Source of the DNA: an uncultured Methanolobus sp.
Lineage (GTDB): Archaea > Halobacteriota > Methanosarcinia > Methanosarcinales > Methanosarcinaceae
Reading direction: 5' to 3'
NCBI GenBank assembly: GCA_963675495.1
Contig: OY776215.1
Span: 1,504,001 to 1,568,000 of the forward strand
Length of the DNA: 64,000 nucleotides
Shown here: in pieces, positions 41,475 through 51,647 of the stretch
Position numbering within the stretch: the stretch's first letter is position 1
How the letters are laid out: each line of letters opens with the position of its first letter
Translations under genes and position numbers: made by a program
Notes under the pieces: model-generated
Seen by the model: only the letters and a program-made list of their open reading frames with translations
The model's database searches: none
Told to the model about the DNA's origin: nothing

Positions 41475-42428
41475 ATGGGCGACGAAAATGGACAAGTTGC
41501 AATAGACTTCCTACTCGGGATATCATTGGTCCTCTTTGCTATCAGTTTCACCATACAGTTCATTCCAGGTCTGTTCATGTCGGAATCAGCAGGAGAGAGT
41601 AGTTTAGACTACACAGCTTACCGCACCGCCACAATCCTTGTGGAAGATACAGGCTGGTGGGAGAACAGCACAAATAACGGAACGAACTGGGAATCAAACC
41701 CAGACAGTATACTGCGAATTGGGCTGGCTGCAGACGATGACTCAAGTTCAAAGCTCACTAACAGTCCCAATCTCATATCAAAGGACAAGATAGAACAATT
41801 CATGCTCGTAAATGAAAGTGATCTTGTAGATATGTTAGGAATGTATAAAAATGTCGAAGACACTCATTTTTCATATGGATACAATATATATGTTACGCAA
41901 AATGGTGCAAATCTTATTCTGAACAACACGACCATTGCCCGGGGAAAAGCATTACCTGATAATCTGGAAGTTGCAAGGATCACACGTGTCGTCCTTGTAG
42001 AAAAAGAAACCGTAGCTGCCATTTCCGGGGATGAACTGACAAGTGAATCATCCTCCGTGGGAACAATTAACGTGACAGGACCTTTTGAAGAGAATATAAC
42101 TTTGCAGATAAGTGACCTCAACTTAAGCGGCATAAACTCTTCGCTGATGAGCGTAAAACTTGATGGAAATCCCTTAAATCAACCATCTGACTTCACTGTT
42201 TACAAGAAGGACGGATGGACAAAATCCCCACTTGCCGGAAACTTTAGCAGTGGAGATGTCATCTACCTGAACTTTGACCATGACCTTTTTAACGCAAGTA
42301 TTGATTACAGACTTGATCTGGAATTTAGCAATGTAACATTCTCAAATCCCGGACCACCTTTTACCAACTACAATAATTTGAGCACTGCCCTTTACGAACC
42401 TGCATACCTTACGGTGGAGGTGTGGTAA
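41475..42428 (+). CDS. Type IV pilin-like protein A, copy 1
   Basis: Class III-like signal MGDENG/QVAIDFLLG plus hydrophobic helix; many NxS/T sequons. Confidence 0.75.
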   Translation: MGDENGQVAIDFLLGISLVLFAISFTIQFIPGLFMSESAGESSLDYTAYRTATILVEDTGWWENSTNNGTNWESNPDSILRIGLAADDDSSSKLTNSPNLISKDKIEQFMLVNESDLVDMLGMYKNVEDTHFSYGYNIYVTQNGANLILNNTTIARGKALPDNLEVARITRVVLVEKETVAAISGDELTSESSSVGTINVTGPFEENITLQISDLNLSGINSSLMSVKLDGNPLNQPSDFTVYKKDGWTKSPLAGNFSSGDVIYLNFDHDLFNASIDYRLDLEFSNVTFSNPGPPFTNYNNLSTALYEPAYLTVEVW

Positions 42429-42940
42429 TGGATAATAAAGCACAGTTGCATACTCTGGAAGGTCTGGGTGCAGCAGTTCTTATCACGTTTTCTGTACTTA
42501 CGATCACACAGGGCATTATGGTAATAACCCCTCAGAATGAACTGGCTTCAGCCGTTCAACTGGAACAAATGAGCTATGACTCACTGGCAACTCTTGACAT
42601 AGCTCAGCATGCATCTGCCCAGTATAACCTGACAGAATGTATCGCAAGCTGGGATATGACGGAAGCCACATATCCGACTAATAATCTGAACAAACTCGAC
42701 ACCTCTCTTGCATATCTGTTGCCTGGTGTGTTATACAATGTAGATATTGCTTATTTTAAAGATGATAATCTGAATGTGAAGAAACTAATAGTAAATGGCC
42801 CACCTGGCAAAAATGCAGTCGCTGTACGACATTTCGTAACACTTACAAATCAAACTGTATACAATATGGGCGGTGGATGGAATCTGGACAACAACGAATT
42901 AAGAGTTGTTGAAGTGAGGATGACAGCATGGAAAGTCTAA
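42428..42940 (+). CDS. Type IV pilin-like protein B, copy 1
   Basis: MDNKA/QLHTLEGL plus hydrophobic helix; TAATG coupling. Confidence 0.75.
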   Translation: MDNKAQLHTLEGLGAAVLITFSVLTITQGIMVITPQNELASAVQLEQMSYDSLATLDIAQHASAQYNLTECIASWDMTEATYPTNNLNKLDTSLAYLLPGVLYNVDIAYFKDDNLNVKKLIVNGPPGKNAVAVRHFVTLTNQTVYNMGGGWNLDNNELRVVEVRMTAWKV

Positions 42941-43392
42941 GAAAAGATACAAAAGGACAATGGATAGCTCTTTCCGGGCTGGTGTTATCACTAATAATAA
43001 TAGGTCTTGCAGCACTGGCCAACCAGGCAGCAATGGCAGGATACCACTCATCGAATGCTGCCCTTGAATTCCCAAAAGAGAACATCCGCGAGTTGAATTT
43101 GCATACAAGGGACAATGCAAAGATAATAAAGGAACTTTCTTTTGAGATCAACAAGACAAGCAATGAATCAATACCCGTAATATATAGACAACTGTTTGAG
43201 AACTACAGTACTCAGATTGAAATGCTATATGCTACGCACGGGGAAACTGTAGATGTATCACTGGTATCCATCAATTCCACCAACGGTACCTATGGAACTA
43301 ATGATATTGACATTATTTTTGTAAATATCACATATAATGACGGAAGAACCCATTATGTATCAGAACCTGAGGTCATAGAGGTGGGTGCATGA
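42928..43392 (+). CDS. Type IV pilin-like protein C, copy 1
   Basis: RKDTKG/QWIALSG plus hydrophobic helix. Confidence 0.75.
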   Translation: MESLRKDTKGQWIALSGLVLSLIIIGLAALANQAAMAGYHSSNAALEFPKENIRELNLHTRDNAKIIKELSFEINKTSNESIPVIYRQLFENYSTQIEMLYATHGETVDVSLVSINSTNGTYGTNDIDIIFVNITYNDGRTHYVSEPEVIEVGA

Positions 43393-43832
43393 GGCGGTTA
43401 TTCAAAAACGAAGAAGGAGTTACACTTTTATTCGAGTATATACTGTTCTCTCTGATATGTATTGGCTTTTTCCTGACAATAACCCTCAACTCTAATGAGA
43501 TCTTTGTCCAGAATTCAAATGATGCTTTAATGGAGGATGAAATGAGTGATGTGGGGAATATGATGAGTACAATGATAACCGATATGTACGTCATTCTTCC
43601 TGCCAATGGCTACATTGATACAGAATACAAAATACCGGATAAAGTAGGTAAAGAAACGTACACTATCAATGCCGATACCGCATATACGGACCAGATAATA
43701 GAAGTTATTTCCCAATCATCCGGTAAGAAAGTAAGAGTTACTATCGGCGGAATTGCTACGACAATGCCGATCAACGGCACTGTATCAAGCAGTTCCACAA
43801 ACCACATGATCAGTTATGACTCAAGAAGATAG
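43389..43832 (+). CDS. Type IV pilin-like protein D, copy 1
   Basis: KNEEG/VTLLFEY plus hydrophobic helix. Confidence 0.75.
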   Translation: MRRLFKNEEGVTLLFEYILFSLICIGFFLTITLNSNEIFVQNSNDALMEDEMSDVGNMMSTMITDMYVILPANGYIDTEYKIPDKVGKETYTINADTAYTDQIIEVISQSSGKKVRVTIGGIATTMPINGTVSSSSTNHMISYDSRR

Positions 43833-44550
43833 ACGTAATGCAGCAGTTTCTGAAACTGTGGGATATATCCTGTTGTTTGGAGTTGTGGTCTTGTCGATGG
43901 GAGTTATCTATGCAATTGGATACCCTACATTGCAGTCTAATATAGATACAAATATATTTGAAAGTGCAGAACAAAATTTCATTGAACTCCAGAGTAGCAT
44001 GGAAAGAGCGGCATTTGACCAGACACCTGTGAAGGTTCACAAAATGAAACTCCAAAGCTCTGCAATCTCTGTGAGCAATGAATCATCAATGACTATCACC
44101 TATGGCAGCAACCCACCATTGCTTGTTCCTACTGGAGAAATTGTGTTTGAAAAGGACAATAAGAAATTAGTTTATGAAATGGCAGGGGTTATCAAATCAT
44201 ATCCACGAAAATCCATGGTAATGATATCAGAACCTCCGATATATGTCAATACTATCAATAACGTCACAGTAACTACAATAGGACTTATTTCTGTAAACGG
44301 GGACACCAGTGTTTCAGGAAAGGGGATGGCTACACTTAACCTTAAACATAATTCAAGTTCCATGGACAAAACTTCTTCACCAACAAATGTAACTGTCCAT
44401 ATAAACAGCACTCATGCTTCAAAATGGCAAGAGTACCTTCAAGACATAGGTTTCTCGGTAACGAACAGCACATCATCAACCGTTTCTGCCAATATTAATG
44501 ATACAATGCTGATCCTTAGCAGACATGTAGTGAACGTAGATATCTACTGA
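43816..44550 (+). CDS. Type IV pilin-like protein E, copy 1
   Basis: RRNAA/VSETVGYILL, a typical archaeal pilin N-terminus. Confidence 0.8.
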   Translation: MTQEDRRNAAVSETVGYILLFGVVVLSMGVIYAIGYPTLQSNIDTNIFESAEQNFIELQSSMERAAFDQTPVKVHKMKLQSSAISVSNESSMTITYGSNPPLLVPTGEIVFEKDNKKLVYEMAGVIKSYPRKSMVMISEPPIYVNTINNVTVTTIGLISVNGDTSVSGKGMATLNLKHNSSSMDKTSSPTNVTVHINSTHASKWQEYLQDIGFSVTNSTSSTVSANINDTMLILSRHVVNVDIY

Positions 44551-44570
44551 ACCATTTAACGTAGATAGCT

Positions 44571-44623
44571 TCATTGATCGGGTTATCAATGAGTGCCACA
44601 CCATTTTTATTTTTATCTTTTTT
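44571..44623 (+). terminator. Hairpin plus T-rich tract after pilin operon 1
   Basis: tcattgat-cgggtt-atcaatga followed by T runs. Confidence 0.45.
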
Positions 44624-44867
44624 ATTGCCATTGGTGAAAGAAAGGAAAAACAGGTGTATTGGAATGTTTCTATTCTGTTTCAGATCCATATTTAGCATTA
44701 GCTGTATGATTCGGTGTTATCCAAGGCTTCGGATTTATTTCCAGCAAAGCCCTACAACATCAAATAAGCAATATTGCAGCATAGCTGTCGCTAAATACCA
44801 TAATCAAAAAACAGAAACAACAAAAAAGAAAATAAGATTCTTTGTGAAAAGTACAAAGAATCCAGTT

Positions 44868-47800
44868 TTAACTAAGGCTTATCATTCCCCTTGGCCTGAT
44901 AATCAGCACGTCTTTGGCAACAAGAACATCACTTGCATTATTCACATTATACGCATATGCAGTAATGTAAGCTTTACCAGCAGCAACACTTGTGAAATTA
45001 ACATTATCTGACCCTACAACAGTCACATTGATAGGATTCTCATAATCCCCGAAATATCCCATGCTACTAAAAAGGTGTACATAAGCAAAGCTGGAATTGC
45101 CCATTACATCCGTGAGTGTCAAACTGATATTTGCAGTGTTAGCTATGGGAAGGATAGTCCTATCTGGTTCCATGTCTAAATTTCCCAGTGCATAAGAAAG
45201 AACACCTGCGCCGCCACCGCCCAAACTTGCACTTCCACCACTTGGTATGTAGACTGTGATGTTCTCACCACTAAGATCAGTGTATGTTACTGTGGATGTT
45301 GGCATTATAAGAGGAACATAACCGGCACCATCAACCCGCATCTGGTACAATATACCCCATTTATCGCCAGGACCAAGATTTGGCAACTGCCACTCAAGAA
45401 TAGACTTCCCACTGGATGTGGTGATAGTGGGTTCTGCATTTCCTGTAGGAGGTAACACTGGTGATTCAAATGCAGTAATATTGCCACTTGTGGCATTACT
45501 GCTTCCTGAAATATACGTTGCCTTTGCAACAGATAATGGAGTAATATAATTGTAAGGAACATGTATGTCCAGTACCGGGCCACCTGCTGAGAAATTGGTG
45601 AGCTGTGCAGCAATACCCCTGAAAATCTCCTTCAAAACACTGGAGTTAGGTGCGAAGTAGTATTCTCCACCTGTTATGTTTGCAATTTCCCCCAGCACAG
45701 GATCGACTTCAGACTCGTTGTTGCCAAAACCTACTGTGTATATCACGGTATCGTTATCTCTGGCTCTGTACGCTTCCTCCAGCAGGGAATGATATCCTGC
45801 ATTATCGAGTCCATCCGTCATCAGGACTATTGTGGAATTACCATCTACAGAAGATAACTCATTGTTGGCAACGAACAAACCTTCATCTATTGCAGTCAAC
45901 CCATCTGCTGTAATAGTGTCAATGGCATTTTCCAGATGTGAAAGGGAATCGTTATCAAAAGTTGATGTTGCACTTGCCGTCCATTCATTCCACGATACAG
46001 GAGTGCTTTTTGGAGAGTTATCCAAATCCTTGAATACCATATCAAAACACTCATAGTATCGTGTAGATGATGTCTCGACTTCAGTAACCAGGTCCCAGGA
46101 AGAACCATCCCATTTCTGGATATTAAGATCATTGTTCCCGTCAGATGTCATGAGGAAAATCTCATTTGAAGCCGTATTTGATGCCAGTTGCACCCAACGC
46201 GTATAGCCACTTCCCCCCAGGTTCGTTGCAGATGATTCTGAACTCCAGGAAGAACCATCCCATGTGCTGTACTTAGGAGTTGAACTGCTATCACCCCAGA
46301 CCACCAGGCCTTCACCACTAGACGGTTCAAAGACAACATCAACAGACCTTCTGCTGTATTCATAGACATTAGTTTCAATTTCCTGAGGCGATGACCATGA
46401 AGAACCATCCCATGAGGTGACATGAATATCATAAGAATTATCCACTGATGCCAGAAGTATGTCATCGGAATTGGGGTCTGCTGCCATCTTTATCCAATAA
46501 ACACGTGCATCAGGAGAATACAGACTGCTTGCAGAGCTCCATGAACTGCCGTCCCATATGCGATATCTTACATCACCTGTACCCATATCAGCCCATGCAA
46601 CTATTGCTCTTCCGGTATTTTGTTCATATACAACATCATAGCACTGGTAACTTGTCGCTCTGGCATTGTTTGTTATAGAGATGAGATTACCCCATGAAGA
46701 ACCATCCCATACCTGCGCACGTATGTCTCTTTCATCATCAAGGGTCACAAGAACCATTTCATCAGAATCAGGATTCGCTTCAAGTCTGACCCATCCAATG
46801 TCACCAGCTCCCGGATTGCTGCCATCCACCGCAGCACTGGAGCTCCAGGAAGAGCCATCCCATATACGATAGCGAGGAACACCATCATTTATGTTCTTAT
46901 CCACATAAGCCACAACCGCATCACCAGAAATCTGTTCGTATTTTATGTCGAAACCTCTTCGACTATAGGAATCCAGATGACTTGTGAACTGGCTGGCACT
47001 ACTCCACGACAAGCCATCCCATATCTGAACGTTTACATCATTATTACTGTCAGCCGTGCCCATAATTATCTCTGAGCTCAGAGGATTGGATTCAAGCACT
47101 ACCTGGTAGGGGCTTCCGCCTACATAGTTCGCAGATTGTTCCACTGACCATTGAAGGCCGTCCCACGTCCTGAACTTAGGAGTTCCGCCACCTCCCCCAC
47201 TATCATAATATGCAGTCATAATAGTATCCACCAAGGAAGTAGAGACATTGATGGTGAATTGGGAATCAGTGAGTGAATCAGTTCCTTTGACCATATCCAG
47301 ATGATATGTTTCTCCTGCTGAAAGTAGATAAGAAACTTCACATGCACCTGTTCCATTCGAAGAGTCCAGAAGTTCTATACCACCATAAAGATGGGTATCG
47401 ATAAGTGAGGAATCATCCCAGGAAACGTTGAAATTGTACAAACCATCAGATGGAGCAGTAAAATATCCTACCCATGTGCTGTTGTCCAGAATATAACTTG
47501 TCTGGTTATCACTCAAAACGACATCCTCAAAACTGTAAAGGGCAAGTCCTGCCTTATCACCCCGGCTTTCGTCAAAACTTGATATGAATGCATGAGAGGA
47601 TAATTTAGTTGCACTTTTCTTGTCGATATATGTTGATATTGTGAAATCCTCAGTTACAGCACCTGTACCTGTTACATTTATCGTCCAATTGCCCATATCC
47701 ACAGTATCATCGTCATCATCAGGGTAAAGGTAAGATAGAGGCTCTATCCAGATGTACTCGGAAGTGTTGCCATTTATGTAGTATCCGGTTGAGTCCTCAC

Positions 47801-50399
47801 TAAGGCCGTAGATTTTTCCAGAAGGACTGATCAGTTGAAGAGAGAGATCAGAAGAACTGTTTTCCCAATCAAGTTGTACCTTAAGATCATTGAGGGTCTC
47901 ATTTATAAGAATATTAGCTTCAAAAGAACCCGGTATTACCAAAGAATCCTGGAATGTATAGTCATACGGTGTAAATCCTTCCACACCATACTCAATGTCA
48001 GATATATCATAATCACTTAGTTCCTGAGCAATGGTACTATATATTTCACTTAGATCTGAACTATCCGGTGCGTTATAATATGTACCTCCGGTCTCTGATG
48101 CTATATGCCTCAAAAGGGATTCATCAAGATTACTTCCAAGGCCAATTGTGTAGATGGTGACTCCATTATCATTGGCATCATTTATGGCATTTTCACCATC
48201 CTGATCAGTACCTGAATTGGTTTTTCCATCGGTCAGGACAACCATTACTTTCCTGGCACCTGAGCGACCATTGTTTATAAGAAGATCATTTGCATCCCCC
48301 ATACCTTCACCCATTGCAGTATAACCACCATCCACTAATGCATCAATGGCATTGTACACAGGAGTTTTGTTAGCGTATGAGTTCAACGAGGTCATGCCCA
48401 GATCTACGCTGCTTGAAGTAGCAAATGAAACCACACCTACCTCTGAATTGGATACGAGATTATCCACGAATTCCTTTGCAGCTTCTTTTGCATCGGCAAT
48501 TGGAGTTCCGGACATACTTCCGGAACGATCCATCACAATAACTACATCAAGGGGAGTTCCCGCATAATAATCAGGGTCCATACTACCTGAGCGATCAAGA
48601 ACTAACATGGCACTTGCAGCGGGCCTTGTAATTGGGAGTTCACCTTCTACGGATATTATTGTTGTGACGTTTACGATTGATCCCGAACTTACTGAAGAAG
48701 GACTTATTTGCAGAGATACGCTCATGAAAGGTTCGTCTTTGACGCTTACATTCGTTGACGTGGTGAAATTTCCACTTGTTGCCATGATAGTAGTATTTCC
48801 TGAAACGTTCCCAAGAAATGTACCATATATTCGCCCTTCAGAATCGGTTGTAGCATTGATAGGATCTGTGGAGTTTATTCCATCTACTGTAAGTGTTCCA
48901 ACTGTTGTATTAGCGTTATTAAGAACAAAACTTATATTGGAAAGAGAATGACCCCATTCATCCAATGCAACGAGTGTGACTCCAGACTCATGATTTCCAT
49001 TAAGACCCTGAGCCAGAACCGTATCCGGAACAGAGTAAAAGTCAATTATACTTAGAGGACCGGTTGTAAAATCAAGTGTAGTGTTGTTGATGAAGTCCGT
49101 GTATCCGGATTCGTTCCTGTAAGTGGCTGTTACAGAAAGAGATTCAATATAAGGTGTCGGACCCACAACAGCGTTTGCATAACCTTGGGTATTCAAAGGA
49201 ATAAGTAATAAAGTACCACTATCTGTTGTAAATCTTATCTGCTCTTTTATGGAAGTGGCCGACGGCAATATTGGGTTTAAAAATTTATCAACTGGCCGGG
49301 CAGACAATGTATAGGTATCTATATTGTTAGCGATAGCATTTTCAGGAGAGTAGGTAAGAAAGAGATTATCCACCTCATCTGCAAGACCTGTTATTGAAAT
49401 ATTATGCTTCAATGAAGTGTTAATTACATTGATTCCCACAATATTTTCTCCCGCTCTTTTATCAGTTGTGAAAATATTGGATACTTTTCCATTTATATCG
49501 GTGAGTCCGCTGTAGACATTAATAGAAGCTGAATCATATGCGATTGGACTATTGTAAACTGTAGCTACTGGTGATGTTACATTGAACGTGACATTCACAT
49601 TTTTTATCGGATTCTCATATGTGTCATAAATACTTACATACATGCTTGAGCTTGTGTTTACAGTATAATCATCATTGTAAACAACTCTCATCAAAGCAGG
49701 AGAGCCAGGTATGATCTCAACTTGCGTGACATTTGAAACTGAGCCAACAGAAGAGGTAATGGTGATATTACCCGCAACTGTCGAATTGAGACTCAAGACC
49801 GAACTATCGGACAGACCACTTGTATAAGATGTACTTGTGGTTGTCTTGTTAGCATCAAAATGTGTTACATTGGCAGAAGATATTGATAATGGAATATCAT
49901 ATATTGTGTTGCCTGACATGTCGTTTATAGTCACATTCAAACCAATTAGCTCAGTTGAATTGATATTTCCAAAAATATCAACCGGAGCAAAGGTTATGTT
50001 GGTTATATTGCCTGCAGTATTAACTGAATGGTCAATATCAATAAGGATAGAAGAAGCCTCCAGTGGCAGGAATGTGACGTCTGTTAGGTTGTAATCACCC
50101 CCCACACTCGCATTGATATGTGCTATTCCACTTGCAGTGGAATTGACACTCACTTCTGCGATTCCCGATGAATTGCTGTACGTGGAAGATGAACTAAGAA
50201 CACCCATGTCTGTTGTGAAATTTACTTCAGTATTGTTCACAGGTGTACCGTTATTTGTGATCACTACGCTTATATTAGCCGTTTCCCCCGCTCCGCCCCG
50301 GACATCTGTCGTTAGATAATCCACGCTCAATGCCAGAGCTGACATCGAGAATATAAGAAAAATTATACATGTATACATACACTTTTTTAAGTATTCCAT
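44868..50399 (-). CDS. Giant secreted vWA/Ig-like/beta-propeller adhesin-like protein, copy 1 (1843 aa)
   Basis: Sec signal peptide (ALA), invasin-like Ig repeats, two DRSGSM MIDAS motifs, eight WDGxxW repeats. Confidence 0.85.
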   Translation of the reverse strand: MEYLKKCMYTCIIFLIFSMSALALSVDYLTTDVRGGAGETANISVVITNNGTPVNNTEVNFTTDMGVLSSSSTYSNSSGIAEVSVNSTASGIAHINASVGGDYNLTDVTFLPLEASSILIDIDHSVNTAGNITNITFAPVDIFGNINSTELIGLNVTINDMSGNTIYDIPLSISSANVTHFDANKTTTSTSYTSGLSDSSVLSLNSTVAGNITITSSVGSVSNVTQVEIIPGSPALMRVVYNDDYTVNTSSSMYVSIYDTYENPIKNVNVTFNVTSPVATVYNSPIAYDSASINVYSGLTDINGKVSNIFTTDKRAGENIVGINVINTSLKHNISITGLADEVDNLFLTYSPENAIANNIDTYTLSARPVDKFLNPILPSATSIKEQIRFTTDSGTLLLIPLNTQGYANAVVGPTPYIESLSVTATYRNESGYTDFINNTTLDFTTGPLSIIDFYSVPDTVLAQGLNGNHESGVTLVALDEWGHSLSNISFVLNNANTTVGTLTVDGINSTDPINATTDSEGRIYGTFLGNVSGNTTIMATSGNFTTSTNVSVKDEPFMSVSLQISPSSVSSGSIVNVTTIISVEGELPITRPAASAMLVLDRSGSMDPDYYAGTPLDVVIVMDRSGSMSGTPIADAKEAAKEFVDNLVSNSEVGVVSFATSSSVDLGMTSLNSYANKTPVYNAIDALVDGGYTAMGEGMGDANDLLINNGRSGARKVMVVLTDGKTNSGTDQDGENAINDANDNGVTIYTIGLGSNLDESLLRHIASETGGTYYNAPDSSDLSEIYSTIAQELSDYDISDIEYGVEGFTPYDYTFQDSLVIPGSFEANILINETLNDLKVQLDWENSSSDLSLQLISPSGKIYGLSEDSTGYYINGNTSEYIWIEPLSYLYPDDDDDTVDMGNWTINVTGTGAVTEDFTISTYIDKKSATKLSSHAFISSFDESRGDKAGLALYSFEDVVLSDNQTSYILDNSTWVGYFTAPSDGLYNFNVSWDDSSLIDTHLYGGIELLDSSNGTGACEVSYLLSAGETYHLDMVKGTDSLTDSQFTINVSTSLVDTIMTAYYDSGGGGGTPKFRTWDGLQWSVEQSANYVGGSPYQVVLESNPLSSEIIMGTADSNNDVNVQIWDGLSWSSASQFTSHLDSYSRRGFDIKYEQISGDAVVAYVDKNINDGVPRYRIWDGSSWSSSAAVDGSNPGAGDIGWVRLEANPDSDEMVLVTLDDERDIRAQVWDGSSWGNLISITNNARATSYQCYDVVYEQNTGRAIVAWADMGTGDVRYRIWDGSSWSSASSLYSPDARVYWIKMAADPNSDDILLASVDNSYDIHVTSWDGSSWSSPQEIETNVYEYSRRSVDVVFEPSSGEGLVVWGDSSSTPKYSTWDGSSWSSESSATNLGGSGYTRWVQLASNTASNEIFLMTSDGNNDLNIQKWDGSSWDLVTEVETSSTRYYECFDMVFKDLDNSPKSTPVSWNEWTASATSTFDNDSLSHLENAIDTITADGLTAIDEGLFVANNELSSVDGNSTIVLMTDGLDNAGYHSLLEEAYRARDNDTVIYTVGFGNNESEVDPVLGEIANITGGEYYFAPNSSVLKEIFRGIAAQLTNFSAGGPVLDIHVPYNYITPLSVAKATYISGSSNATSGNITAFESPVLPPTGNAEPTITTSSGKSILEWQLPNLGPGDKWGILYQMRVDGAGYVPLIMPTSTVTYTDLSGENITVYIPSGGSASLGGGGAGVLSYALGNLDMEPDRTILPIANTANISLTLTDVMGNSSFAYVHLFSSMGYFGDYENPINVTVVGSDNVNFTSVAAGKAYITAYAYNVNNASDVLVAKDVLIIRPRGMISLS

Positions 50400-50666
50400 A
50401 AAAATACCCCTAAATTACCCTGTTTTGCACTATTATCAGCATGATATCGAAATAAGAATATTAACTATAATTATTAGATATTCATTAGAGTTATATAATT
50501 GATAATATAAGTTATTTCGCATACAATCCCCGTATGAGAATTTAAATTTCAAATGAAAGAGAGAAAATCGATAAGCTAAAAATAAAACATGAAGTGAATA
50601 TATATCATCAGTATATTATTCATTTTAACAAACTATTTTTATATTACATATCACATATATAATACG

Positions 50667-51647
50667 ATGATCGATGAAAAGGGCCAGATCGCAGTAGACT
50701 TTCTACTTGGAATATCATTATTCCTTATTGCGCTTATTTTTATTGTACAGTTTATTCCAGGTCTCTTCCTTTCAGGATCTGCCGGAGAGAGCAGTTTAGA
50801 TTACACTGCATATCGCACGGCTGCAATCCTTACTGAGGATACAGGATGGTGGGCCAATAGCACATCCAGTGGAACTGGATGGGAAACACACCCTGACAAT
50901 ATAATGCGTATCGGACTTGCAGTCGATGACGAACCAGAATCAAAGCTTACCAATAGCCCAAATCTCTTATCAGAGGATAAGATCGATCGATTTATGGTTT
51001 TGAATGAAAGTACCATCATTGAAATGTTGGGCTTGTATAATAATGTCGATGACACTAAATTTTCCTACGGTTATAACATCTCAATTACACAAAATAATAC
51101 ACCCCTTGTCCTGAACAATAAATCTCTCACATTGGGTGAACCAACGCCCAATGACAGGGAAACTTCAAAAATTACCCGTATAGTATTGATAGAGATAGAA
51201 AAAGTAATTGATGTACAGTTTGAAGCAGATGAACTGACAATGAATCCATCAAAAGTTGAAGATCCTATATTGAACGTTGCAGGACCCTTGAACTGTGAAA
51301 TGACAGTGCTGATCAACAATTTGAGCATAACCGGAGGCGACCCCAGTTTTAAGAGACTGATGCTGGACGGAGTACAACTCGACGAAGGTCCGGATTATAT
51401 TTCTTATCAGCTGGTCAATGGGACCATGGTACCATTGGGATCCACAGGCAAGATCACCAGTAGCGATATCGTGGTCTTTGAACTGGAGCCGGGGATTTTC
51501 ACCGACAACCGCACATACGAGCTGCTAATTGACTTTAAAGACATTACATTTTCAGTAGCAGGACCTCCGTATTTGGACTTTAACCAATACATTAGAACCC
51601 TTTTGGAGTATGAACCAGCATACCTTACAGTAGAGGTGTGGAATTGA
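50667..51647 (+). CDS. Type IV pilin-like protein A, copy 2
   Basis: MIDEKG/QIAVDFLLG; paralog of 41475-42428. Confidence 0.75.
   Translation: MIDEKGQIAVDFLLGISLFLIALIFIVQFIPGLFLSGSAGESSLDYTAYRTAAILTEDTGWWANSTSSGTGWETHPDNIMRIGLAVDDEPESKLTNSPNLLSEDKIDRFMVLNESTIIEMLGLYNNVDDTKFSYGYNISITQNNTPLVLNNKSLTLGEPTPNDRETSKITRIVLIEIEKVIDVQFEADELTMNPSKVEDPILNVAGPLNCEMTVLINNLSITGGDPSFKRLMLDGVQLDEGPDYISYQLVNGTMVPLGSTGKITSSDIVVFELEPGIFTDNRTYELLIDFKDITFSVAGPPYLDFNQYIRTLLEYEPAYLTVEVWN

Noticed and set aside
44574-45011. 145-aa ORF between pilin operon 1 and adhesin 1
   Set aside because: TTG start, runs through a T-rich terminator region, overlaps the adhesin antisense and has no counterpart in copy 2.
46050-47220. 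Recurring 'gaaccatcccat'-like DNA repeats as a CRISPR array or DGR variable region
   Set aside because: They are in-frame codons for WDGSSW inside a long ORF; there are no cas genes, no reverse transcriptase and no adenine-specific template/variable pair.
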